Below are positions 26,177 through 38,448 of a stretch of 64,000 nucleotides of DNA, piece by piece. Under the pieces are notes generated by a model. The model saw only the letters and a program-made list of their open reading frames with translations. It ran no database searches and had not been told where the DNA came from. The stretch spans positions 48,236,001 through 48,300,000 of the forward strand of contig NC_043005.1 in assembly GCF_006345805.1 (NCBI RefSeq), in the 5' to 3' direction. Each line of letters begins with the position of its first letter. Within the stretch, counting starts at the first letter, position 1. Made by a program: the position numbers and the translations under genes. Source of the DNA: Octopus sinensis. Taxonomy: Eukaryota.

Positions 26177-27016
26177 GATTACTACGTTTCATCATTTTCG
26201 AACACGTTACTATTTCACTTACATACGACTCTCTTTTATGATGGCATTTACATTTTTAGGCGTTTCATGACATTAATTCACACTAACCAACACCTGTCCT
26301 TCGCTCACCTCTATTTCTATCCATTCATCATCAAACCACCAGCCTCATCTTCTATATCCAACGTACATGACACATCTACCCCCTACATCTACACTCTCAC
26401 TGTTAAAGTTTACATAAGCGACAACACGATCGCAACATACACTTTGGAAACTAAGCAACAGATCATTTTATACAACAACAAATTTAATCATAACGCCCAT
26501 CAATGAAAACATCTCCACCACTGTGTTGTGATTCATCTATTCAGCACCACTACAGTCTTGCCAGTCTGACATATGGTGAGTAGATGCTATTGTTCTATAT
26601 TTCATAAATTACCCATATTTACTTACCCATGCTTCATTCCCCTCTTGCCTACATAGGGCATCCATTCTCTTTTAACACAGCATGAAGTTTTGAAACAGCA
26701 CATCCGCTTCCGTTCGTGGAAAACGAAGAGACCCTATTCACCTGCGAACGTTTTACACCGCCTTACACGACTATCAAATTCTTACAATTTTGAGAACAAT
26801 AACATGGCTCTTTTCAAGGCAACCTCGCATTCAATTCTTACACCATTCTACGAGGGGGTAGGAACCCCTTTACACGGTTTTCTATACACTTACAAATACA
26901 TTCATTCGCCGTAAACTTTTATCAATATTTGCCTGAATAATCATCATAATTCAGTACAATCATTAACAGTACTTTCAAGCAATTCATCCCCGAGCATCGC
27001 CGGGCAATTCTGCTAG
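24649..27016 (+). mobile_element. 5'-truncated Helitron
   Basis: PIF1-type helicase region, then about 840 bp non-coding, ending cccgagcatcgccgggcaattctgCTAG|T (hairpin plus CTAG at 27013-27016, followed by T). Confidence 0.85.
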
Positions 27017-27275
<259 letters not shown>

Positions 27276-27299
27276 ATACATATTGTTGACGTCATAAGA

Positions 27300-27650
27300 A
27301 TCTTATAAACTTTTGAGAGAACAAAATAATTCTTTGTGATCTTAGCTCGCCTTTTATGTGCCCATTGCATTGTGTACACTGTATGGAATTTCTGTTCAGT
27401 CCTCTGCGTATCGGCAACGGACATTTCCCTGATGGCAACAGCATCCAACTAACTTTTCTACTTACTAAAATATTCGTCTTCATGAAGTTTATCCTTAAGG
27501 TTCTCGATTCTAAGTTTTGTTTCAACTTCTGGATCTTCTCTTTCGAGTCTAGCACAAACTCTGCTACGTCATTAGAATATAGGAATACTGATGGAGTGCC
27601 GGTTTTTAACTCGCTTGTTAGAAAGTGGAGAACTCTAATAGGGGGCTGAG
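27300..27650 (-). pseudogene. Degenerate RTE-like LINE RT C-terminal fragment
   Basis: LYSND (YADD-like), LESRTLRINFMKT, PSGKCP...RNSIQCTQC resembling the Cys-rich segment that follows RT in some invertebrate RTE-type LINEs. Confidence 0.55.
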
Positions 27651-28589
27651 AACTGAGCCTTAGTAAACACGTAACTGCATTCCTGTCTAAACTCGCAGCC
27701 AATCACCACTCGGCTGACTGCACCCCAATACATGGCTGTCTCCGCTTTCACCAACCATGTATTTTTTTTATAATTCACCAAATCTTAGCACCATGAAACC
27801 ATTTACATAGAGTAAGTCCTGGGGTCGATTTGTTCGACTAAAGGCGGTACTCTAGCATGGCCGCAATCCAATGACTAAAACAAGTAAAAGAGTGACCGAA
27901 ACCGATTTCTTTCAAACTTTGCATGCTAAATGGATTTCATATGAGACTCTTAAATATGAGATATTTTTTTTTCTTACCTAACTCTAATAATTGCAGAGTT
28001 ATGATCATTTGGTATCTCCAAAAAAGTGACATTTTTTCCATTACTCAGTAACTTTGAGAAGTCATATTTCAGTTACTGTTTGAGTTAGAAAGCTCAAGTT
28101 TCTTTTTATTTTAAAGCATTTAAACAACTCTACAACTATTGTTCAGTGTATATTTTCCTTATGATAAAAATTTTTTAAATCGATCTAAAATTTTACCTTT
28201 GACCTTACACAGATCAAAAGACGTGGTCATCAATTTTTTGGAAATTTTGTCCATGCCCTACTTAGTCAAAACTCACTTAAAAAAAGATTCATGCTGGGAT
28301 CTCAATGGTAAGTATTTGTAATAAATATAATTATAGTGAAAAGTAGTGACAAATTATCAAAAATTGCTTACTAAACAAGACAATTTGAGCTTGAAGGAGA
28401 AAACAAAGTGCTGATAATCAAAATAAGCATTTTTATTATTTCAATAATAATGTTTACTTTTCAGCTCTGCTATGGTCAATGGTGGTAATGCCATTACCAA
28501 CACCTAGAATCATCAAACAAATTGTTGGCACCCCCATCGTCCAAGGGGCCACTCCAGATAGCTTAGCAGATGAAACCACATGTCCCAGT

Positions 28590-28760
28590 TAAATTTCTAC
28601 TTATTCCTTATTTTTATTTTCCTAAAATTTTGGTTGCGTCTTGCAACCTTTTCAATAGTCTTGACTAAATTATAAGGTACAAAAAGAAAATGACTCTCCC
28701 GAGACACAACAGAATATGCTTCAACACACGAACTCACATAAAGAATCTTACAAACCATTT
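28590..28760. repeat. Interspersed repeat, same family as the 59939-60203 insert
   Basis: Shares cctaaaatttt..gtcttgcaaccttttcaatagtcttgact and attataagg..gactctcc..gagacacaacagaatatgcttcaacacacgaactca. Confidence 0.75.
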
Positions 28761-28967
28761 CTTTTTCAGTCAAAGTATATGTTCCTCCTGCAGCAGTTCT
28801 GGGATCAAATTTACAAATGATGTCTAACATCTGTTAAAACATCTGACTTTCTAGTATCGCTAAAGGTGTGAAATTGTAAGGGGTTTTCGGACGATAATTT
28901 GACGGGGAATTAGCAACATCCTGTCTTGTCTGTTCATTTGCTATGTTACTGTTCAAATTTTGGAACT

Positions 28968-29002
<35 letters not shown>

Positions 29003-29049
29003 GGTTACAATAATTGTGCATCAATGCAATTGTTTTAAGTAAACTGGAT

Positions 29050-29210
29050 ATGCATGCATGTATGTATGAATGTATGTATGTATGTATGTATGTATGTATG
29101 TATGTATGTATGTATGTATGTATGTATGTATGTATGTATGTATGTATGTATGTATGTATGTATGTATGTATGTATGTATGTATGTATGAATGTACGTGTG
29201 TGTGTGTGTG
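29050..29210. repeat. (TATG)n microsatellite
   Basis: Direct reading. Confidence 0.97.
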
Positions 29211-29375
29211 TAGATGGATGGATGCAGTGTTGTATGATAATTTTTACAAAGAAAACTTCGATTTTTGCTATTTACGTTTGCTACAGTGATAAAAATATTC
29301 AATTTCGATAACGTTCATGTAAGTACTGCAAAGTTATCACAGTGCATAATTTAGCTCAAAATTATTATTATTATT

Positions 29376-29931
29376 GAGTGAGCGAGCAGAGCATGCCATC
29401 AAAGTGACACTGGGGTAAAATATACGAAGCCCAGTATACCCATCATGACTACCCGTCTGATAAGGGTACACCAGGCACATGCATCACAACCATATGTGCG
29501 CGACATGGTGATCTCATATCAAGATAAACAGCACATGACCTTGCAGGTGGAGCCCAGTTAGAATTTTCTTCAGATCGAGTAACCCATCCCGCTCAAAAGG
29601 TCCCTGAATAAGGGTTGTTTAAGGATGTTGAACGAAACACCCATGTTTCCAGAGGTGAATTATTCAACCCCCAAAGAATCCTTCTCAACACATGGCTATG
29701 ATGCTCCCCCACTACTTCTGCTCGTGATCAGAGATGCACATATCGTCAGCCACTAAGGAACATGCTCAACTGGTTAAGGTCAAACAACTGACAAGCAAAT
29801 CTGTGGTATTGAGCAGAATATTTGCTGTAGCCCATCTTTTATACCAAGACAAAACAATTTACATGATAACACTTCCAATCAGTTAAGATCAGAAGCCATG
29901 AGAGCCACTGCCTGGTATTGCATCAGGGCAT

Positions 29932-29932
<1 letters not shown>
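29376..29932 (-). mobile_element. Non-coding retroposed element embedded in (ATT)n
   Basis: Bounded by (ATT)n on both sides; its left end is repeated at 30961-31040. Strand is inferred from the shared fixed end. Confidence 0.65.
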
Positions 29933-29963
<31 letters not shown>

Positions 29964-29967
29964 TATA

Positions 29968-30008
<41 letters not shown>

Positions 30009-30021
30009 TATTATTATTATT

Positions 30022-30887
30022 CAGTAGTTTTATTTTATAGCGTGCTTTCACTTCACTACCGAGCGCAGCTCTGTGTGCCTTGGGTATGTGCTGTGATTGT
30101 TGTGATGCTCTGATGGTTATTGTATGGAAAGTGTTCTGCGTAGGATGTGTGCAGTGCCTAGTAGTGCAATTTTCTGTATGTTATATGTGTTTGTAAGTCC
30201 TGGTGTTTTTGTTATGTATTTGTCTGAATATTTTTTTATCATGCCTAATGCACCTACTATGATAGGAATTGTTTCTGTTTTTAGATTCCACATTCTAGTT
30301 ACCTCTATTTCCAGGTCTTTGTATTTTGAGAGTTTCTCCATTTCTTTTAGAGACACGTTGTATCTGCCATGTGCCGGTACTGATACATCAATTAGAAAGC
30401 ATTTGTTTTCTTCATGGTCTCTGACAATTATATCTGGTCTGTTGGCCTTAATTTCTCTATCTGTGTGTATCGGCATATCCCAGAGTATGGTTGCTTTCTC
30501 GTTTTCTGTGACCTTTTCTGGTGTGTGCCTATACCATCTTTTTTCTGTTGTTATTCCATAATATTGGCATAGCTTCCAATGTATGTAAGTTCCAACTCTG
30601 TCATGTCTGTGAATATATTCCTTCTTAGCCAGGACTGGGCACTAGAGATAATATGATTTATTGTTTCTTGTCCATCTCCACATATTCTGCAGTTACTTGT
30701 AATATTTCTTTTCATTACATGTCTTTGGTAATTTCTGGTGGGGAGGCTTTGGTCTTGTGCTGCAATTAAAAATCCCTCTGTTTCTGCTTTGAGTCCTGAG
30801 CTTCTCAACCATTGCTGGGATTTTTCTTTGTCTATTTCTTTTGCGTTTAGTTTAGTCCAGTATTTACCATGAAGGGGCTTTTCTTGC

Positions 30888-30888
<1 letters not shown>
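30022..30888 (-). mobile_element. 5'-truncated R4/Dong-like RLE non-LTR retrotransposon in (AAT)n
   Basis: AAQDQSLPTRNY, CRICGDGQETINHIISS(C) zinc knuckle, LWDMPIHTD..NRPDII..IDVSVP..EKLSKYKDL (PD-D/ExK), stop at 30117, 3' UTR running into (AAT)n. One frameshift. Confidence 0.92.
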
Positions 30889-30939
<51 letters not shown>

Positions 30940-30960
30940 TTTATCTTTATTATTATTATT

Positions 30961-31039
30961 GAGTGAGAGAGCAGTGCATGCCATCAAAGTGACACAGGCG
31001 TAAAATATACGAAGCCCAGTATACCCACCATGACTACCC

Positions 31040-31040
<1 letters not shown>
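30961..31040 (-). mobile_element. 80-bp truncated copy of the 29376 element, in (ATT)n
   Basis: gagtgagagagcagtgcatgccatcaaagtgacac...catgactacccg matches the first ~80 bp of the 29376 element. Confidence 0.8.
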
Positions 31041-31086
<46 letters not shown>

Positions 31087-31093
31087 TATTATT

Positions 31094-33132
31094 ACAGATG
31101 ATAATAGAAAGGGAATCCAACAAGATCTAGAAAAGTCGTACATGAAAGAATTTGAAATGGTGAAGACACGCCAGATTCAGAAGTTTATGAAACTCAAATG
31201 TCAGAGAATGAAGACTGAAGACCGTCACCCACCTGTGAAAGCAGTAATTAATGTAAGTAGACGACATCTAGAAAGCTCTGAAGAAGCAGTACTAAACAAA
31301 GGCCTCAACTTTGCGACAACCATCAAACGCATTCCATATATATGGACATAATATTCCCTATTGAAGAGATAGCCGTAAAGATACTAAAATCTCAGGGAGA
31401 TCAACTAAGGTGGAAAGTGAGACAGGTACCAGAAAAAGCGAAACTTCCCAAACCAAACATCACTAAGGAAAAAAAGTTCGCTATCAAAAGACGACAGAGT
31501 GACAATTCCATCATAATACTTGCAGCGGAGAAGGGAAATGCTACAGTGGTGATGAACAAGTCTGACTACTCGGAAAAATTGGCAACTCTTGTAGGTGATG
31601 GTAGCTACAGCAAAGTAAAGAAAGGCCTAACTCTGAAAACAGAGAGGAAGATGTCACAGATCTTGATCATGAACACGGATCACTTTACACCAATGAAGTA
31701 CAGACAACTGACTACAGTAAACTGCCACACATGTACCGTCTCCTTAAGATTCACAAGGATAGTATTCCATTAAGACCTATAATGAGCTGTTGAGGTTCAG
31801 CATGTCATCCACTGAGCCGCTTCCTTGTGGATATAATCAGTCCATTAGCAGGAAAGTCAACATCGTACGTGAAGAATTCCACCCACTTCACAGAATTGAT
31901 CATGGATACCCCCATTGAATCCAACCAGATGGTAAGTCTGTTCACCAAAGTCCCAACTGGTGAAGCACTATTGGTGATTCAAGAAAAACTAGTGACAGGC
32001 ACCCATCTAAAAGAACGCACTAGTATACCAATAAGAAACTTGATGGAAATGTTGACCTTCTGTGTAGAAACTACCAACTTCAGTATGGACACTGATATAT
32101 ATATCGACAAGAAGAAGGTTTAGCTATGTGTTCGCCATTATCACCGATAATAGCCAATATATACATGGAATACTTTGAGAATTTGGCTTTAGGATCAACA
32201 CCACTAAAACCAACCTTATAGCGGCGATATGTTGATGACACCTTTATACTCTGGTCGCACCAGGAAGATGTCCAAGTGCTGTTAGATCATGTGAACTCAA
32301 TAAAGCCATCTATACAAGTTCATAATGGAAAAAGAAAAAAGATAATCAGCTAGCATTCCTGGACGTATTAATAGCACGCACCAAGTATGGATTCAGGATA
32401 TCCGTATACAGCAAGCCGACCTTCACTGGACGATTCCTCAACTTCAATTCCCACCATCTATACAGTGTAAAGAGAAGGATTGCTCAGTGCCTAAAACATC
32501 GAGCAAAGAATATAAGTATCGATCATGATGCACACCATGAAGAAATTATCAAACTCAGTAACAATCTGTTAAGTAACAACTAATCCAAAAACATACTATC
32601 TACTCCAATTATGAAGAAAAGAGAGGATGAAACCAATAAACTGTCCACAGTCTATCTACCCTATGTGAAAAGCTTCTCCGAAAAGATACAAAAGATATGC
32701 GGCCCATATGACATCAGGACAGTATTCAAGAGTAATATAACACTTCGCAGATATCTCCTTCGAGTAATACCACCAATAGAAGAGAATATGACCAAAAGCT
32801 GCGTGTACTCCATCCCATGCAGCTGTGGTAGGTTATAAAAAGGTGAAACATGCTGCCCCCTCAAGATAAGGGTAGAGGAACATCGTAAAGCTGTGACACT
32901 AGGAGATAGTAATAAATCGGGTATAGCTGATCATGTATGGAAGAATGGAGACCACCTCCCTCTGTAGGATGAAGTTAAAATAATAGACAGAGAACACCAC
33001 TGGAAAATACGAAAATTAAAGGAAGCAGCACATATGCTAGGACACAACAACTTCCTAAGCAGACCGAGTGCAGATATGAATAGCATATGGGAACCGGTAT
33101 TAAGGAAGGATAGGGAAATATTAGATTTATAA
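31094..33132 (+). mobile_element. Degenerate Penelope-like element (RT + GIY-YIG endonuclease)
   Basis: VLNKGLNFA, ILAAEKGNATVVM, SLFTKVP, SPLSPIIANIYME, YVDD, CVYSIPCSCG..GET..LKIRVEEH..SGIADHVW..RKLKEA; stop TAA at 33130-33132; many stops and frameshifts. Confidence 0.92.
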
Positions 33133-33161
33133 ACGCTAAAATTCACTCCATAATTGCCCAC

Positions 33162-33208
33162 AGGCATATGGCGTAGTGGTTAAGAGCGCGGTTACTAACC
33201 CCAAGATA

Positions 33209-33266
<58 letters not shown>
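33162..33266 (+). mobile_element. tRNA-like head (B box deleted) + (AAT)n, directly 3' of the Penelope ORF
   Basis: atggcgtagtggttaagagcgcgg-tactaaccccaagat...acctgaat(aat)n matches the head of the 35759-36016 unit with a deletion of about 23 bp. Confidence 0.8.
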
Positions 33267-33269
33267 TTT

Positions 33270-33590
33270 CTAGTGGTGGTGGTAGGGGGGGGGGCTTGAT
33301 CTTGCGCTGCAATTAAAAACCCTTCAGTTTGTGCTTTGAGTCTTGAGCTTCTCAGCTATTGTTGGGATTTTGCTTTGTCTATTTCATGCCTGTTTGGCTT
33401 AACCCAATACTTGCCATATAGGAGATTTTCTTGCTATCGTTTTATCATGATACATTGCTGTTCCAGTTTTAGTTCGGAGTTGTTTTACAGCTTTTGTTGT
33501 TTCTTCTTTTTCTTCGTAATTGTTAGGCACTATGACTTCTTTTTTGTATTGTCAGCTTCCTTAAAGACATAAAACAATATTAGAGCTGCT
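33270..33590 (-). pseudogene. Older R4/Dong-like fragment
   Basis: Clearly similar but diverged relative to 30725-30888 (gctgcaattaaaaa..ctttgagtc.tgagcttctca). Confidence 0.7.
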
Positions 33591-33607
33591 TTTAACTAAA
33601 AATAAAT

Positions 33608-33910
33608 CGTGTGTGCGTGCGTGTGTGTGTGTGTGTGTGTTTGTATGTGTGTGTGTGCGTGCATGCGTGCGTATCTGTGCGTGTGTGTGCATGTGTGTGT
33701 GTGTGTGCACTTATCTATGTGTCTTTGTGTTTGAGTTTGTCCACCACCACCGCTTGACAACCGGTATTGGCTTCTTTACGTCCCCATAAAGTGACCCATA
33801 GAATAAGACCTGGTTTTAAAAAAAAGTACTGGTGTTGATTTATTCGACTAAAAGCTTCAAGACTGTTTCCAAGCATTGTTGTAATCCAAAAATTTAACCA
33901 AATAAAGGAT
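33608..33910 (+). mobile_element. SINE family A, 3' part
   Basis: (TG)n then gtttgtccaccaccaccgcttgacaaccgg. Confidence 0.7.
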
Positions 33911-34222
33911 GCAAGAAAGAATATATTTACTTAAAGCAATTCCTCTTAAACCTTTTATAGCTCGCCACCCTCTTTCACCAAATGGCGTTTTACTAATGTT
34001 TTTTTCACATGTTTTGCAAATAAATAAACAAACAAAATAAAATTAATAAATAAATGAAATAAAATAATAAAAAAAACAACAATTTCTTTGAACAAACCGA
34101 CGATAATTTCGCGCAGCGGTTTGTTATCCCTATTTTATGGTATTATCACATTCAGTATGTGCTGCATTTTAGATTTTTGCATATATTACTGCCCTCATAT
34201 TAAAGTATGCGACGATTTATAT

Positions 34223-34680
34223 ACTGGTTTCAAATTTTGGCACAAGGCTAGCAATTTCAGAGAACAGCATAATTCGACCTCATAGATCGACCTCAGTGCT
34301 TAACTGGTCGGAACTTATTTTATCGCTCCCAAAAGATAAAAGGCAAAGTCAACCTCGGCGGAAATTTGAACTCAAAACCTAAAGACCGACAAAATGCTGC
34401 TAAGCGTTTTGCTCGGCGTCTTTACGAGCCGGCCTACTTGCCGCCTCCGACCACTTATATATTATTACATTAGTTCTTCGTTAGCACACCAGACAAAATG
34501 CTTAGCGACATTTCATCGATCTTTATGTTCTGAGTTCAAATTCCGCCGAGGCCGATTTTGCCCTTCATCTTTCCAGGTTTGATGAAATAAGTGCCCGACA
34601 CGCACTGGGGTCGAGGTAATCGAATAGCCCCGCCTTCAAAATTTCAGGATTTGTTCCTATAATAGAAAGAATTATTATAT
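34223..34680. mobile_element. Two diverged family B SINEs in opposite orientation
   Basis: Minus-strand copy at about 34223-34445 and plus-strand copy at about 34480-34680, both with core and B box. Confidence 0.7.
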
Positions 34681-34764
34681 TGGTCTTTGCCATTCATCAG
34701 ACATGATTTTTGTTTGCCGGTAACACAATGTCAAACTCTTACTCAAGGCTTTGTCGATGATTTT

Positions 34765-35090
34765 AGAAAATAATGATTTCAAATTTTTGCCACAAGAGCA
34801 GCCTGTGGAAGAGGGTTAAGTCGATTATATCGACCCCAGTGTGTAACTGGTACTTATGTAATCGACCCCGAAAGGATGAAAGGCAAAGTCAACGTTGGCA
34901 GAATTCGAACTCGGAACGTAGCGGTAGACGAAATACTTATTTCTTTACTACCCACAAGGGGCTAAACACAGAAGACACAAACAAGGACAGACAAAACGGA
35001 TTAAGTCGATTACATCGACCCCAGTGCGTAACTGGTACTTATTTAATCGACCCCGGCGTGCTAACATTTCAGCCAGCTCGCCGCCTTATG
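34765..35090 (-). mobile_element. SINE family B dimer
   Basis: Junction gaaatacttatttc at 34930-34943; first unit internally deleted. Confidence 0.82.
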
Positions 35091-35758
35091 ACTTTACAAA
35101 AATAAAAGGCTATTGTTAAGAGAGACCAACACTGAGTACTTTCACTTTGAGTTACGTCACTGGAATATTATTTACTTCTGTTCTTCACTTACTTTCTGTT
35201 TAACTGAAAACGATATATCGAAACAGATATCGAATTCTATTTACTGTTAGTTATTCACAAATTACCTGTTTAAAATTATTATTTTTCCTAACTTTAAGAC
35301 AGCAAGCCAGCATCAAAAGCTGAGAGTTTTGCGGTTTTTTTTTTGGTTACTTTGTTTTGTATTCAAACCGCACCGACCTCGACTTTATCTTTCAGTTTAC
35401 TAGTGCTAACATAAATATGCACTAATAGAAAGTGAAATATATTCTGTCAAGTCTTCTCATTCTCCAAGACTTGAGAAGTGTAGCTAATACTATACGTGCA
35501 AATTTAAAATCCATGAGCTTTTTCAGAGGTAATGTGTGATAAATGAGCGTACCATTAGTGATAGATGACCATTGGTCGACTGGAAACAAGTATTAGGCAC
35601 ATTCATCGTACCTAATGCACCTAATATTCAAGAGTAAACAAGGGATCATTACAGCAATGTTTCTCATTCATTTTTTTTTTACCTATAGGTCCCTTTAATT
35701 CCTAATTTACTCGGATTGGTCCTCCTTGCCATTCGATTCTTAGAAAATCCTACTATAC

Positions 35759-36016
35759 ATTATTTAGATTTGACGGATATTTGTCTTCATCTTGTTTGTT
35801 GTTAGCACAACGTTTCGGCTGATATACCCTCCAGCCTTCATCAGGTGTCTTGGAGAAATTTCGAACTTGGGTTCTCATTCCTAAGGTATTTTTCGATGTT
35901 ATTATTATTATTATTATTATTATCATTATTATTATTATTCAGGTCACTGCATGGAATCGAACTCGGAATCTTGGGGTTAGTAGCCCGCGCTCTTAACCAC
36001 TACGCCATTTGCTCTG
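35759..36016 (-). mobile_element. tRNA-head / (AAT)n / hammerhead SINE-like retroposon with 14-bp TSD
   Basis: TSD aaatcctactatac at 35745-35758 and 36017-36030; A box TGGCGTAGTGG, B box GAGTTCGATTCC, (AAT)n at about 35899-35939, hammerhead core at 35804-35849. Confidence 0.85.
35804..35849 (-). ncRNA. Minimal type I hammerhead ribozyme-like motif
   Basis: GACAC-CUGAUGA-A-GGCUG(10-nt loop)CAGCC-GAAA-C-GUU-GUGCU. Stem III is only the palindrome AACGUU. Activity untested. Confidence 0.65.
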
Positions 36017-36139
36017 AAATCCTACTATACTTTTATAATTAAATATTATTAGGAATTGTATTTAAAAAGCTGCTAAATTATTTTGTTTACTTTAGAACTA
36101 TAACCAATTCATTGCACATAAATTTTATCAACAAAATCT

Positions 36140-36224
36140 TATATAGACCCCCAATAAGCATATGGGCCCCCTAAGGAGCATATGGACCCCCAAGGATCAC
36201 GTAGACTCTGGTTGAGAACCACTG
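36140..36224. mobile_element. Solo hAT end
   Basis: ttgagaaccactg (36212-36224) is the exact reverse complement of the 20167 TIR, preceded by ggacccc-type subterminal repeats. No partner end seen. Confidence 0.5.
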
Positions 36225-36294
36225 GTCTACGGCGTCACTCATCCCGCAAGAAAAGGCAGGTATGTATCCTTTAAATCATTCTCTATCAACTTAT

Positions 36295-36540
36295 TGGTTT
36301 CAAATTTTGGTAAAGGGCCAGCAATTTTGGAGGAGGGTTCAAGTCAATTATATCGACCCCATTACTAGGCTGGTACTTATTTTATTTATTCTGAAGGAAT
36401 GAGAAGTCAGCAATTTTAGTCGAACACTTCGACCCCGCTATTCAACTAGTAAAAAATAAATGGCAAAGTCGACCTCGGCCGAATTCGAAATCAGAACTTA
36501 AAGCCAGAAAAAGATGCCACTAACGCCTATGTCTGCTCAC
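36295..36540 (-). mobile_element. Diverged family B SINE
   Basis: ttggtttcaaattttgg tail variant, core and B box. Confidence 0.65.
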
Positions 36541-37244
36541 CACCAACAGAATGGTACACTGGATAATGTAGTCCAAGAGACAATGCTTAAAAACAAGGCG
36601 GGATGGTCAAAAATGGAATGTCTTCAATTATAGATATGTTCGATATGACAGACTTTAGTATAATAACGCTAAAACTATATTTTAAAAAGTATCACCGCCC
36701 AAATTTTGAATTTGTTTTGTAGTGAAACTCATGAATATATGAGAATATTTTTGTATATATTTGTATCTACATAGAAATTATTTTTGCTAATGTGTATATC
36801 AGACTGAACGCATAGGCCTTGTCTTTCTTCATTAGTTACTTGAATTCGTACAATGTTAAGTTATGTTACGTTAAAAGAGTCCGATAGAATAAGTACCAGA
36901 TTTAAAACAAATACGGGGTTGATTTGTTCGATTGAATCCTAGAAGGCGACGCTCGTGCATGGCTGTAGTCCAATGAATGAAACAGATAAATGAGTAAAAT
37001 AATCCAAAAGCATATGTGAATATTCTTTGTTAGTTTGTCTCGATGTAACATGTGTTGCTTTATAAACATCATATTATAATTAAAATGAATTGTTGTGTAC
37101 TGTTGTGTTTAACGGATTATCTGACTGCAGATATCATCGAGGTGATGCTGTTGTTTAACCATAAGTTTGCCCAGAACGAGCTAACCTATGAGTAAAGGTG
37201 CTCTGGCCATAACGATCCATTGTTTTCTTTCCAGGACCAAGTGG

Positions 37245-37430
37245 TGAACAGGCAGAATCGTTACTGCGTCAGACAAAAGGGTTAGCAGCTTTTCTCCCGG
37301 CTTTACGTTCTGTGTTCAAATTCCGCCGAGATCAACTTTTCCTTTCCTTATTTAGGGGACGATAAAATAAAGTACCAGTAGAGTAATAGGTTCAATGTAA
37401 TCGACTAGATCCCCACCCACCACAAATTTC
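37245..37430 (+). mobile_element. Diverged family B SINE
   Basis: gtgttcaaattccgccgag and gataaaataaagtaccag. Confidence 0.6.
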
Positions 37431-37449
37431 GCAGACGCGGATGAGATTT

Positions 37450-37736
37450 GGCGCAGGTATAGCTAAGTAGTAAGAATTTTGGTTCCTAAAACATGGTTCC
37501 GGGTTCAGTAGTACCATTGCGTGACACCTTTGATAAATGTCTTCTACTATACGCGCAGGTCGACCAAAATCTTGTGACTGGATTTGGTAGACGAAAACCA
37601 GAAGAAGCTGGCCAAGTGCACGCGCGTGTGTGCATATAGTTATATATATATATGTATATATATGTGTATATCTATATGTACATATATATGTATATATATA
37701 TATGTATGTATATGTATATATATATGTACTGTATAT

Positions 37737-37782
<46 letters not shown>

Positions 37783-37825
37783 ATATATATATATTATATA
37801 TATACTATATATATATACATACACA
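37450..37825 (+). mobile_element. SINE family A 5' half running into (TA)n
   Basis: ggcgcaggtatagct head through gatttggtagacgaaaac. Confidence 0.7.
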
Positions 37826-38107
37826 GTAATAACTCACTTTACGAGGACTCGCTTTATCCGGGTTTACGAGTTTTATTTTTCAAGCACAACATCCAGATTA
37901 TGAACGAAGTGCAAAAGTTTCTACTACCATAACACGCTTCTGCGTGTTACCGAGAAACTTATAGAGATCGAAAAAAAGTTTCTTCTAAGCAAACAGCTCA
38001 AGACTTGCTTTTTAAAAAGAATGCTACGAGTGCTTGTGAATCGGCGATTGAGTCCACAAGTGAAGGTGTGCGCGAGTCTAGTGTGAATAAACGTAATTCA
38101 GAAAACG

Positions 38108-38179
<72 letters not shown>

Positions 38180-38448
38180 TTAATAATAATAATAATAATA
38201 ATGATAATTTTTATTATAAATCATATTGACATTCCTTTAACTTTACATAAAATATTCTTTACATTTTACTGTTGTTTTTATTGCTATTGATTTACGAGTA
38301 TTATAAATTCTATGGGTAAAATATTCTCCTGGGAACCAATTACTATTTATAACATTGCTACTCTGGACAATTATTGCCCTGCTTGGCGAGTTTTCGCTTT
38401 ACGAGCGATCTCCCGGAACAAATTAATTCGTATACCGAGGCATTATAG

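Noticed and set aside
28615-28670. Hammerhead in the 28.6/60-kb family (UUGAAAA-GGUUGC..GCAACC-AAAA)
   Set aside because: A stem II-like hairpin is present, but the core deviates at C3, G8 and G12 and no stem I pairing was found.
33162-33210. Functional tRNA gene (also 35940-36010)
   Set aside because: Acceptor and T stems do not pair, the B box is deleted in one copy, and the sequence is embedded in a retroposon. Treated as a tRNA-derived head.
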